This document shows positions 1-7,803 of a stretch of 64,000 bases of DNA, in pieces. The position numbers and the translations under genes were made by a program. Each line of letters starts with the position of its first letter. Position 1 is the stretch's first letter. Source of the stretch: Escherichia phage EC150. The notes beneath the pieces were generated by a model. It was not told where the DNA came from. It worked only from the letters and a program-made list of their open reading frames with translations, and ran no database searches. The DNA is taken from the sequence record ON210137.1; one strand, written 5' to 3'.

Positions 1-156
1 CTTTATGAGGCAAAAGGACTTATTATTGATGGAAGGCAAATTGTCTTCACGGTAGTCAGCGGAATGCATTGGTTCGTGAAGCGTGATGTCGAGGGCCGTG
101 ACATGTTTGTCGCAGGATTTCCAGAAACAAGATTCCAATTGGAGAAGGTTAAATGA
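1..156 (+). CDS. hypothetical protein, C-terminal fragment (gene starts upstream of window)
   Basis: Frame-1 ORF open from window edge to TGA at 154-156; overlaps next start in ATGA arrangement. Confidence 0.4.
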   Translation, partial: LYEAKGLIIDGRQIVFTVVSGMHWFVKRDVEGRDMFVAGFPETRFQLEKVK

Positions 157-485
157 AATTGAAATGGTACGTGGACCCTGAGACGACAGGCTCATACAGG
201 TCATTCCAACGTCGCGGCTGGCCGATTTGTTACAGCGGCAATCCCGATAAAGAAGACTGCGAGATGCTCGCCGCGATAGTAAGTCTTAATCATGACGGCT
301 ATGAAGGCCACTACGCGAGAGCAACCAACCTTCGGCTCAAGGTGCGCATCCATTTCAAGGTCGCAGGCGAGGACCGCACCGGACTCTCCAAAGAAGAGTT
401 CAGCAGCATTGCCGAAGCAAAGGCATGGCTAAAGGCGTTCTACAAGGCCAATCCTAAATTTTATCCAACTAAGGGTGCATCATGA
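153..485 (+). CDS. hypothetical protein (110 aa)
   Basis: ORF track; GGAGAAGG Shine-Dalgarno 5-12 nt upstream of ATG 153. Confidence 0.5.
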   Translation: MKLKWYVDPETTGSYRSFQRRGWPICYSGNPDKEDCEMLAAIVSLNHDGYEGHYARATNLRLKVRIHFKVAGEDRTGLSKEEFSSIAEAKAWLKAFYKANPKFYPTKGAS

Positions 486-973
486 CTAACAAAACGCAAC
501 GCATCAATTTTGAAGGTAAAGAATACGAAATAGACGCTCGTGCAAGATTCGTTGCGCGCGATTCTAACGGAACCATCTGGGCGTATGAGGGAAAGCCTGC
601 ATGGAACGATTGGTGCGGCCAGTGGGGATATGCAATTGGCGATTCACTTTGGTGTAAGCAAATTGGTGATGGAAAGATGTTCAAAGAGAATAAACCATCA
701 TCACGTGATTCATTGAAGGAAGTCGAATCAATCAAAATCCAAGACCAAGCGCCATCGACAGATAACCAATACGCAGTCGGGCAACGTGACATCGAGCAAC
801 TCGACGAGGGCGGCTATTATACGCGCCACATCTATGCCATGACGCATGAAGGACTTTGCAGCAAGTCGGACATCGCCGCTGAACTGGCCCATCGTGACTT
901 ACAAATCGACCTTCTCAAGATAGAAGTGCAGAACTTACGAAACACCCTGTTAAATACTTGGAGCTTAAAATGA
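482..973 (+). CDS. hypothetical protein (163 aa)
   Basis: ORF track; ATGA start/stop overlap with upstream gene (translational coupling). Confidence 0.5.
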   Translation: MTNKTQRINFEGKEYEIDARARFVARDSNGTIWAYEGKPAWNDWCGQWGYAIGDSLWCKQIGDGKMFKENKPSSRDSLKEVESIKIQDQAPSTDNQYAVGQRDIEQLDEGGYYTRHIYAMTHEGLCSKSDIAAELAHRDLQIDLLKIEVQNLRNTLLNTWSLK

Positions 974-1395
974 TACAACGTTACGACCTGACATATGATG
1001 TGGTATCAGAAGATTGCTCCATCACTCCCGTTCCAGAGAGTCATGAAGGACGTTTTGTTGCATATGAGGACTATGCCGCGCTGGAAGCGAAATACAGTGA
1101 AGCGCAACGCGAGTTGGTTGCATTACGCTCACAGGTCCGTGATGCATCGGTGCTTGTTAAGCAGTTGCACGACGTTGTTGCTACTATAGGCGTGGATGAT
1201 GATGCGCCGAAGGAGGAAGCGTGGACCGTGTGGCTTGGTGGCGCGAATCCGGTGCCTGGGAAGATGGTTGAGTTTGAATTACTCAACGGTTATAAATCAA
1301 AAGAGGCCGTCCCTTCGGATAATTTGAACTGGGGTGCAGTGGCAAGCCCGACTGGCGCAAAGATTGTTGCTTATCGGGTCGTTAAGGAGGGGTGA
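970..1395 (+). CDS. hypothetical protein (about 141 aa)
   Basis: ORF track frame; ATG 970 overlaps upstream TGA 971-973; track start 958 is a TTG. Confidence 0.5.
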   Translation: MIQRYDLTYDVVSEDCSITPVPESHEGRFVAYEDYAALEAKYSEAQRELVALRSQVRDASVLVKQLHDVVATIGVDDDAPKEEAWTVWLGGANPVPGKMVEFELLNGYKSKEAVPSDNLNWGAVASPTGAKIVAYRVVKEG

Positions 1396-1928
1396 TGGGC
1401 GGCTTTTGGCGTAAAGCTAAATACTCTAAAGACTTGCATTACTTCTTGGATAATGAAGGCATAAGTATATGTGGTAGGTACAGAAGGGATAATGAATCAG
1501 CGTCGCAAAGTAATAAGGCTGAATGGTTACTCAAGGAAGAATGCAAAGTTTGCCGCAAACGTTTTTGTGACAAAACTAGCATAACTGATTACATAAAGGA
1601 GCTTAGAAAAAGATGTAAAAGCCCGCAAGAGTTTGCCATAGCTCTTTGGGATGATCACCCTGAGTTGAGAAGCGAATGGTTAAAGACTGATGCAATCAAT
1701 TATATCTTCAAATCGAAATACAGGACGACAGCAAGATATAAAATGGATGAAGCAGTAATTCAGAAGGTATTTTCTTATTGGAGGGATACAGTCGATATTG
1801 TGAAAATAAAGAAATACCAAAACGAAGTGCTGCTGGAATTGGAGAGGATTGGCTATAAAGTCACCAATAAAATGATAAAAGAAGAAATAAAAAGGAGAAC
1901 GGAAAAGGGACTGATGCCTAAGATATAG
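1395..1928 (+). CDS. hypothetical Cys-rich protein (CxxC...CxxC, putative zinc-binding), AT-rich gene
   Basis: ORF track; AGGAGG at 1386-1391; ATGA overlap with upstream gene; cysteine pairs CGRY / CKVCRKRFC in translation. Confidence 0.45.
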   Translation: MGGFWRKAKYSKDLHYFLDNEGISICGRYRRDNESASQSNKAEWLLKEECKVCRKRFCDKTSITDYIKELRKRCKSPQEFAIALWDDHPELRSEWLKTDAINYIFKSKYRTTARYKMDEAVIQKVFSYWRDTVDIVKIKKYQNEVLLELERIGYKVTNKMIKEEIKRRTEKGLMPKI

Positions 1929-2177
1929 TGAATAAACGAACACTGTTTACGTGTTTTGAAGAATGGAATGTGTGCAATGGGTCGCTTTATGCGGCCTTTT
2001 GTCGTTTGGGTCGTGTTTTGCGATGGAATAATTATGATGAGGTGTTTTATTTATTGATTGTGCGGAAATATTTAGAAATATATTTCATAGGTCGTGTCTA
2101 TTGGTCCGTGGTGTTTGTTAGATTATATCTATGGATTGAAATTTTAGTGTCGTGAAACGTGGTGTTTGAACACATTT

Positions 2178-2540
2178 GATACGCCTAAAATACGGCTAAA
2201 AATTAAGCGTATCATGGCTGCAGGCCGCGTCGTTCCTGGATTCTTCTTTTTAAAATTGGTACACCCTTACGTCATGATACGTCATGGTTTTTTATCCGTA
2301 TCAGTGTACAGCCCTTGCCGCGCCTGGCTTGTACATTAATCTTACGGATGATACGGATAAAACTGGGCATCGTTATATATAAAACTCCAAAAATAAATAA
2401 ACTCCATTTTAAAAACATTTATATTAATTTTTTTCATATCCTCATACTTATGTTAATTTATATATTTAACGTATCATCCGTAAGATATAAGTAAAAACAA
2501 AGACTTGCGGCAATACGGATGATACGTCATGATACGCTTC
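2178..2540. repeat. Repeat locus A: inverted GATACGG/CCGTATC-type repeats (CTTACGGATGATACGGATAAAA at 2341-2362; inverse CGTATCATCCGTAAG at 2470-2484) flanking a ~105 bp AT-rich core
   Basis: Read directly; further copies at 2178-2196, 2208-2218, 2269-2304, 2511-2537. Confidence 0.6.
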
Positions 2541-2763
2541 AACCAGCCAGCAGCGGCTAAGTCATTGATTTGCATAACAAGCGGCGAAAGGGATGGATTT
2601 CTTTTATACGTATCAAACAGTACACCACGCACCACGGTCCGCTATTCATTCAGTACTATGATTTGTGTACGTTTACAGCCAATTTGAACATCAATCTGCA
2701 CTTGAATATAATGTTCATTCATTGTATAATTCACACTATTAATTTGCACTATGGGATTTGCAC

Positions 2764-3238
2764 TATGAGTCAAGATTATGTAGCAATGCCTGAAGACTTT
2801 GAAGACCCGCGATTTGCAGAGCATAATCAGGCATTATTCGATGAGTTCATTGACCTTGTTATTCAGGGCCATGACATGCGCGCAGCTTTTGCACTAGTAT
2901 TTGGCATGGAGGTTGCGACCGATAACTACACTGGCCAGCGAGTCCTCTGCACGCAACGCAATCCGTACTACAAGATGCGCTACAAAAAGCGTATGGAAGA
3001 GATGCCATTGAAGGAATTGTGGAGCGTAAAGAGTTCCATCCACAATTTAGTGAAGCTTGTGCGTGATCCAGAAGTCGCGGCGTCAGCCAAGCTTAATGCC
3101 ATTCGTGAACTGAATATCATCTACGGCATCACGATGATTGATGAGAATGGCAATAGTAAAATGGGCCGTTCCATGGACGATTTCTACAAGGATTTTGGAG
3201 AGGCAGCCAAAGAGGGTGAGCAATTCTCCCGCCACTAG
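2764..3238 (+). CDS. hypothetical protein (158 aa)
   Basis: In-frame ATG 2764 (MSQDYVAMPEDFED...) inside track ORF 2570..3238; upstream extension starts at TTG and is low-complexity; start codon overlapped by an ATTTGCACTAT copy. Confidence 0.5.
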
Positions 3239-3258
3239 CCAATTTGCACTATAAAACG

Positions 3259-3291
3259 GCCCTAGAACACATTTTCTCCACTTCTAGGGCC
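3259..3291. terminator. Perfect 10-bp stem hairpin (GGCCCTAGAA / TTCTAGGGCC, 13-nt loop) between convergent genes
   Basis: Inverted repeat read directly; 20 nt after stop of CDS 2764..3238; weak U-tract on minus strand only. Confidence 0.45.
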
Positions 3292-3666
3292 ATCGGTAAT
3301 ACGACGGGGAAGGTTACAACCATAAACGCGTTAGAAAGTGTATTATTATAAGTCATCTTTTAGTCACTTTACGTAACAATTTACGACCTTCCGCCGTCCA
3401 GTCGAACGACTCCACCAGCAGATTTGCACTATAACCTAAGACGATGCGCCCTTTCTCGTTATCGACCCGCCAACAAGTCTCGAATAGCATTCGATTTGCA
3501 CTATTAACTATCGCCGCAACGCGCGCTGGGTAAGCGCAATTTGCACTATGGTCGTAAAGGGATAAGGTGCGACCACTTCCGATGGACAACGTAGCGATGA
3601 GAATAAGCGTATTCATAAGCCACCAATTTGCACTATGAAAAGCGACCCCGAAGGGCCGCCATTCGA

Positions 3667-4293
3667 TTAGATGATCTGGAATGTGTATGACTTGTTGCCG
3701 AACTCGAAGTTCAAGCGCCCAGCTTCCTTAAGCTTCATGCGGAAGCGAATGTGCTTGCTATCCGGTAATCCCAGCGCGATGAAAGCTACGCGGACCGATT
3801 TGAACTCGCCTACACCCTCGACCATAACGCCGTTACGGGTGAGACGCTTTTGCGCCACTTCCTTATTATCCCAACTTTTTGCAATGCCTTCGCTATTCGA
3901 ACGGCGATGGGAAGAAGTTCCATTTTGCACTACGCAATTTGCACTATCGTTTAGGCCGCTCTTAACGAAGGCTTCATACTCTTCGTCGGTCATCGCGTCG
4001 AGTTCTTCCTGAGTCGGCTCAGACTTTTTAACGACCGCACGCGCCTTATGCGTTTTTACATCGCTGGGCACTTCCTCGCGCGGCTTCGCGTCGGGAATGG
4101 GCGATTCGTTGGACGGCTCATCGAGCGCGTTCAAGGACTCGATTAACGCGATTACGCGAGTCTCGGCGGTCCGGCGGTCCGCGAACTTTTTAATCGGCTT
4201 CGAACCGGAATTTGCGTTGTAAAATGCAACGAGGTCGGCGGTCTTAGTTGCGATAACGTCGCCGCTAGTCGAGAAGCGATTTAAGCTAACCAT
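3667..4293 (-). CDS. hypothetical protein (208 aa)
   Basis: ORF track; long ORF; no recognised motif. Confidence 0.5.
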   Translation of the reverse strand: MVSLNRFSTSGDVIATKTADLVAFYNANSGSKPIKKFADRRTAETRVIALIESLNALDEPSNESPIPDAKPREEVPSDVKTHKARAVVKKSEPTQEELDAMTDEEYEAFVKSGLNDSANCVVQNGTSSHRRSNSEGIAKSWDNKEVAQKRLTRNGVMVEGVGEFKSVRVAFIALGLPDSKHIRFRMKLKEAGRLNFEFGNKSYTFQII

Positions 4294-4373
4294 AATAAAC
4301 TCCTATTTGTTAGGGCGCTAAGCGCGAAAGAATTTTATTAAAGCGCCGCGCACGACGCTCTTAAAATCCTCTC

Positions 4374-4658
4374 TTACGCTTCGACGAGGGAGAAGGTTTC
4401 AAATTCTTCTTCGCCCATAACGAGTAAAATATTCCCGATTTCGACCGCTTCGAAGAAGTATCCGTTAACGTTTACTTCGAAGGCTTCGCGGTCCGATTCC
4501 GGTAACGCCGCGTAAAGTTTAAAAGCCTCGGCGACCGTTACCCCACCCGCTTCGATAGTTTGGTCTACGTTCGCGGCGTAGACTTCGGATAAATTTTGTT
4601 TTACGCCGTAGTTCTCGACGATAGCGTTACGGATAGAAGAAACGTTAAGAATAGCCAT
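4374..4658 (-). CDS. small acidic protein, paralog family member 1 (94 aa)
   Basis: ORF track; shares EVYAANVDQTIE / VNVNGYFFEAVEIG blocks with CDS 5292..5582; conserved promoter and leader upstream. Confidence 0.6.
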   Translation of the reverse strand: MAILNVSSIRNAIVENYGVKQNLSEVYAANVDQTIEAGGVTVAEAFKLYAALPESDREAFEVNVNGYFFEAVEIGNILLVMGEEEFETFSLVEA

Positions 4659-4726
4659 TTTAAACTCCTAGTTGGGAGAGGCGTTAACGACCTATTCGTT
4701 AACTCATCCCGTCCCGATATGAGTAC

Positions 4727-4756
4727 ATTATAATATAGTGTAGAAAAAAGTAAAGC
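4727..4756 (-). promoter_or_regulatory. sigma70-like promoter TTTACT-16-TATAAT for CDS 4374..4658
   Basis: Reverse complement of 4727-4756 reads TTTACTTTTTTCTACACTATATTATAAT; same architecture as the two promoters below. Confidence 0.5.
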
Positions 4757-4798
4757 ACTTTTTCGATAAAAATGCGATAAATTATTTTATCTTTTTCC

Positions 4799-4826
4799 TT
4801 TACTTCTTCGTACACTCGCGTATACT
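4799..4826 (+). promoter_or_regulatory. sigma70-like promoter TTTACT-16-TATACT for CDS 4882..5184
   Basis: CCTTTACTTCTTCGTACACT...TATACT read directly; followed by TATATCGAGACGGG leader element. Confidence 0.5.
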
Positions 4827-4881
4827 TGTTTATATCGAGACGGGCGATGGCCTTCCTTCTACTAGCATCGGGAGTTTTATT

Positions 4882-5184
4882 ATGACTACTTTAATCTCTT
4901 CTATCCTTACTTACGACGAAGACCGTTTAACCGTTCGTTCTCTTATCGCCGCCGTTAACGCGGAACTAGAATCCACCATCATTAAGGTCCGCGCGGTCGC
5001 TTTCGTCGGCCTTTCCTTCGACGATATTAAGTATGCCGAACGTAGCGCCATCCGCTTCGCGAAGACCGACGACGAAGCCGTTACCCTTATCGAGACGGTT
5101 ACGCCGCGCGGCGAAGCGTTAATTATCGTCGAGTATATCGACGTAGAGGGCGATAAGGCTTATAAATATTTTATCGCAAAATAA
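4882..5184 (+). CDS. small protein, paralog cassette member (100 aa), distant relative of the other two
   Basis: ORF track; GGGAG Shine-Dalgarno; shares the promoter/leader element. Confidence 0.55.
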   Translation: MTTLISSILTYDEDRLTVRSLIAAVNAELESTIIKVRAVAFVGLSFDDIKYAERSAIRFAKTDDEAVTLIETVTPRGEALIIVEYIDVEGDKAYKYFIAK

Positions 5185-5196
5185 CGAAAAAGTGCT

Positions 5197-5224
5197 TTAC
5201 TTCTTCGTACACTAAGACTATAAT
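5197..5224 (+). promoter_or_regulatory. sigma70-like promoter TTTACT-16-TATAAT for CDS 5292..5582
   Basis: GCTTTACTTCTTCGTACACT...TATAAT read directly; leader shares ATATCGAGAGGGG, GAATAGGTCG and CTCCCAACTAGGAG with the leader of CDS 4374..4658. Confidence 0.5.
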
Positions 5225-5291
5225 GTTTTATATCGAGAGGGGAGAGGAAGCGAATAGGTCGCCTTCCCGCCCTCCCAACTAGGAGAATATT

Positions 5292-5582
5292 ATGATTACT
5301 TTATCCGCTATCCGTTCCGCTCGCGTCGAGACTTCCGAAAACTCTAACGTATTTGGCGAAACCTTAGAGAGCGTTTATCTCTCTAACGTCGACGCGACTA
5401 TCGAATCTATTTATGAGCCGATCAACTTCCTCGACCTTTACAAGTATCGCGACGAGGACATCGTATCATCCCGCGTAACTATCAACGGCTTCGTCTATAC
5501 GATTACCGAAATCGGCGGCGAATATATCGCGGTCCCGCAACTCGGCGGCGAAGTAACTTATTTTAAAATCGTCTCCTTATAA
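5292..5582 (+). CDS. small acidic protein, paralog family member 2 (96 aa)
   Basis: ORF track; AGGAG Shine-Dalgarno; paralog of CDS 4374..4658. Confidence 0.6.
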   Translation: MITLSAIRSARVETSENSNVFGETLESVYLSNVDATIESIYEPINFLDLYKYRDEDIVSSRVTINGFVYTITEIGGEYIAVPQLGGEVTYFKIVSL

Positions 5583-5602
5583 TACCCTTCCGTTACTAAT
5601 AG

Positions 5603-5628
5603 GCCGCGCTTAGTCGCGGCTTTTCTTC
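5603..5628 (+). terminator. rho-independent terminator (GCCGCG-CTTAGT-CGCGGC then TTTTCTT)
   Basis: GC hairpin followed by T-tract, 20 nt after stop of CDS 5292..5582. Confidence 0.6.
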
Positions 5629-5746
5629 GTCCCTATCCCGATGCGCGTCTACGCGAAAACTCCTTTATCCTTCCCTTCGTCGTCGCATAATCTTCTTCGA
5701 GATGCTCCTTAGTTCGCATAACAGGTATTACGTTAAATGGAGAACA

Positions 5747-5820
5747 TCGCGTAAGTCCTTGTTTTATATAGACACCTATATCGGACCGTTAGGGCGGGTC
5801 GCGTAAGTCGTTGTTTTATA
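5747..5820. repeat. 22-bp direct repeat pair TCGCGTAAGTC(C/G)TTGTTTTATA (5747-5768, 5799-5820)
   Basis: Read directly; one mismatch; non-coding region. Confidence 0.55.
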
Positions 5821-5945
5821 AAGGCGCAAAACTTTCCCTTCGTTCCGAACTAAAACGAGAAATGTGCCGACCCTTCGCCCGAAAATAGTACGTATGCGAA
5901 ATTACATGCATCTCGAATAATCCCTCCCGATATTATCCTACACGC

Positions 5946-6008
5946 AATCATTCGCTTTCGAATCATTATGCTTCATATTGTTATGCGTCGAATCATTCGC
6001 TTTCGAAT
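5946..6008. repeat. 18-bp perfect direct repeat pair AATCATTCGCTTTCGAAT (5946-5963, 5991-6008)
   Basis: Read directly; non-coding region. Confidence 0.55.
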
Positions 6009-6096
6009 TGTAACGCTGGAAACTGTAACGGCGATTGATTATTGCGTTCGTGTGGTTTTTATGGCATGGGTCTTTTGGTGCGTTTTGGTACTTGAT

Positions 6097-6210
6097 GAAA
6101 TTTGCAGTACACTAATCAAAATACGACACATTTGGTCCACTAACTTTTCAAAGAAAAAGTCCTAGACAGTACCGTACTATTTTGTACCCACAGGAAATTT
6201 GCAGTACACT
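6097..6210. repeat. 17-bp perfect direct repeat pair GAAATTTGCAGTACACT (6097-6113, 6194-6210), related to the ATTTGCACTAT motif
   Basis: Read directly; shares ATTTGCA core with the 2.7-3.9 kb array. Confidence 0.55.
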
Positions 6211-6280
6211 CCTGCGCGGCAGGCAAAACAAAGGGCCGCACTAAGCGACCCACGATTCACGGTTAAATCAGCAACACCCA

Positions 6281-6661
6281 CTATTCGCTCTTATGGGCAT
6301 CACCAAAGCCATCCGCAATCTGGCTGATCAATGATTCAATGGACACAGTTTTACCAATTGATCGAGCGGTAATAGCAAGCATATTATCAATCAAACCATG
6401 ATTGGATGCGTATGGTTCAGGTTTTGAATCATCTTCAGGACAACCAAAAAGCTGGTCGCGCAAACTTTCGAGAGAACGCTCAACATTTTCCAACTTCTCT
6501 TCTAAATCGGATTGGCGACGTAAAACCCATGTCAAGTCACGGTTGCCAACTTCCAATCCATCAGAATAGCAAGGTGGAGCGTCAATTTTGTTGCTGGAAC
6601 CAAAAGCAGTGCCGCTGCCTTTAGTATAAGTATGGCTCATAGAATCATTTTTATTTGACAT
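6281..6661 (-). CDS. hypothetical protein (126 aa)
   Basis: ORF track; no recognised motif. Confidence 0.5.
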   Translation of the reverse strand: MSNKNDSMSHTYTKGSGTAFGSSNKIDAPPCYSDGLEVGNRDLTWVLRRQSDLEEKLENVERSLESLRDQLFGCPEDDSKPEPYASNHGLIDNMLAITARSIGKTVSIESLISQIADGFGDAHKSE

Positions 6662-6735
6662 ATCATTACCTTTAATATTTGGTGATTAACAATAACTATA
6701 ATAAAGCCGCATAGCGCGGCATTCAAATCGATTTA

Positions 6736-6984
6736 TTAATTGTGACGATTGGATTCATCAATCGATACCAATTGTGCAGGGTTGCCGGATACCGTTGCGC
6801 CGATGATTCCCATTTGAGAGAAAAATTCTGAATAAACCTCTTTCCAGTACTTGCGCGCTGCTTTCTGGGCTTGACCTTTGCGCTTATAACTTTTGCCTTG
6901 AAAGATGAAGCGGTCTTTTGGAGCGTAATACTCCACCACACCTTCCAGCCATTGTAAGAATGCTACTGATTCATTTTTATTCAT
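6736..6984 (-). CDS. hypothetical protein (82 aa)
   Basis: ORF track. Confidence 0.45.
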   Translation of the reverse strand: MNKNESVAFLQWLEGVVEYYAPKDRFIFQGKSYKRKGQAQKAARKYWKEVYSEFFSQMGIIGATVSGNPAQLVSIDESNRHN

Positions 6985-6991
6985 GTTAACC

Positions 6992-7387
6992 TCAATATTT
7001 TAATAAGAAAGCGCCCAACCAACTTTCCTCAATCTCGCGGCCAGTAGCCACACGGTCGGTCTTTGATATGGGTCTGGATTCGCCACAGGGCAACCCGTCC
7101 TGTAGTTGTGTACTATTGCCAATCCTCACCAGAACCTTTCCATCAGGGTCGATATAAGCGCGACAACCCATGATTTCGAGTCGTTGTAGACACTGGCGAA
7201 TCGTTTTCAGCTTCTCACCGGACCTGATAGAGCGCGGTCGCGACCGCTGACCGTTCTTATTCACTTTGCGCTTTGCAACCGGAATATCATTGATGCGCTG
7301 CGACTTGGGTCGATAATAGGCTTCTTCGCCAGGAGTTGCACCTGGCGTCAGTTCGCGTTTGAGATCCTTTTCAATATCGATGATCAT
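6992..7387 (-). CDS. hypothetical basic protein (about 131 aa; track start 7459 possible)
   Basis: ORF track; internal ATG at 7387 preferred because the N-terminal extension is Cys-rich low-complexity. Confidence 0.4.
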   Translation of the reverse strand: MIIDIEKDLKRELTPGATPGEEAYYRPKSQRINDIPVAKRKVNKNGQRSRPRSIRSGEKLKTIRQCLQRLEIMGCRAYIDPDGKVLVRIGNSTQLQDGLPCGESRPISKTDRVATGREIEESWLGAFLLKY

Positions 7388-7488
7388 GATTATGCCGCTG
7401 CAGCGTAAACAATTGCATAAGCAATTCCAAACAGCGCAGCAATACATACCGTGCCCCAAAATGCAAAGCGTCGTGACTCTTTATCCAT

Positions 7489-7722
7489 TTATTTATCCCC
7501 CAACGTCCATGAATTAAACACTAATTTTGCCATTTCATCTTGTGAAACCACATTATAGTGCTTAGGCAAATCGCTTTCTGATAATACCTTCTGGGCTTCT
7601 TCTTTTGTCTCAAAGAGAGGGATGAAAAAGACCAAGCGGTTATCTTCAGGATCAATGCCGCAGATGACGTATTTTGGCAATGCTTTTGCTTTTTGAGTCT
7701 TATCAATATCTTCAAATTTCAT
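7489..7722 (-). CDS. hypothetical protein (about 77 aa)
   Basis: ORF track; start set at MKFEDIDK methionine. Confidence 0.4.
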   Translation of the reverse strand: MKFEDIDKTQKAKALPKYVICGIDPEDNRLVFFIPLFETKEEAQKVLSESDLPKHYNVVSQDEMAKLVFNSWTLGDK

Positions 7723-7777
7723 AATACACCTCACTTGTTAACGTATAATGAGTATAACTTAATCGAGCATAAAGTAA

Positions 7778-7797
7778 AGGCGCTTTTCAGCGCCTTG
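7778..7797 (-). terminator. hairpin (GGCGC-TTTTCA-GCGCC) downstream of the minus-strand tail fibre gene
   Basis: Palindrome 7 nt below the stop of CDS 7804..10119; moderately T-rich downstream on the minus strand. Confidence 0.5.
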
Positions 7798-7803
7798 AGT
7801 GAA

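Larger units (their letters stand above)
2742..3947 (+). repeat. Array of 8 exact same-orientation ATTTGCACTAT 11-mers (starts 2742, 2756, 3242, 3422, 3494, 3539, 3626, 3937) plus near-copy at 3922
   Basis: Exact string matches read from sequence; putative operator/iteron/promoter element. Confidence 0.65.

Noticed and set aside
1928-2155. Track ORF 1928..2155 (+), 75 aa
   Set aside because: Cys/Phe/Trp-rich low-complexity translation, no Shine-Dalgarno, and it abuts repeat locus A; likely non-coding leader or regulatory DNA.
2570-2763. N-terminal extension of track ORF 2570..3238
   Set aside because: Starts at a TTG, encodes low-complexity sequence and runs through the AT-rich repeat region; in-frame ATG 2764 is a better start.
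3353-3616. Track ORF 3353..3616 on the minus strand (87 aa)
   Set aside because: It lies entirely within the ATTTGCACTAT repeat array (copies at 3422, 3494, 3539), has no convincing ribosome-binding site and an odd composition; more likely non-coding.
2742-3947. Possibility that the ATTTGCACTAT repeats form a CRISPR array
   Set aside because: Repeat unit is only 11 bp, spacing is irregular (14 to ~500 bp) and there is no uniform spacer pattern or cas gene.
3660-5900. Impression that the 3.7-5.9 kb block is a compositional (GC/CpG-rich) island
   Set aside because: Spot counts show comparable GC in other highly expressed genes such as the major capsid gene; without a sliding-window calculation the claim is not supportable.
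5968-6165. Track ORF 5968..6165 (+), 65 aa
   Set aside because: Overlaps two direct-repeat pairs in a non-coding gap and has no ribosome-binding site; probably not a gene.
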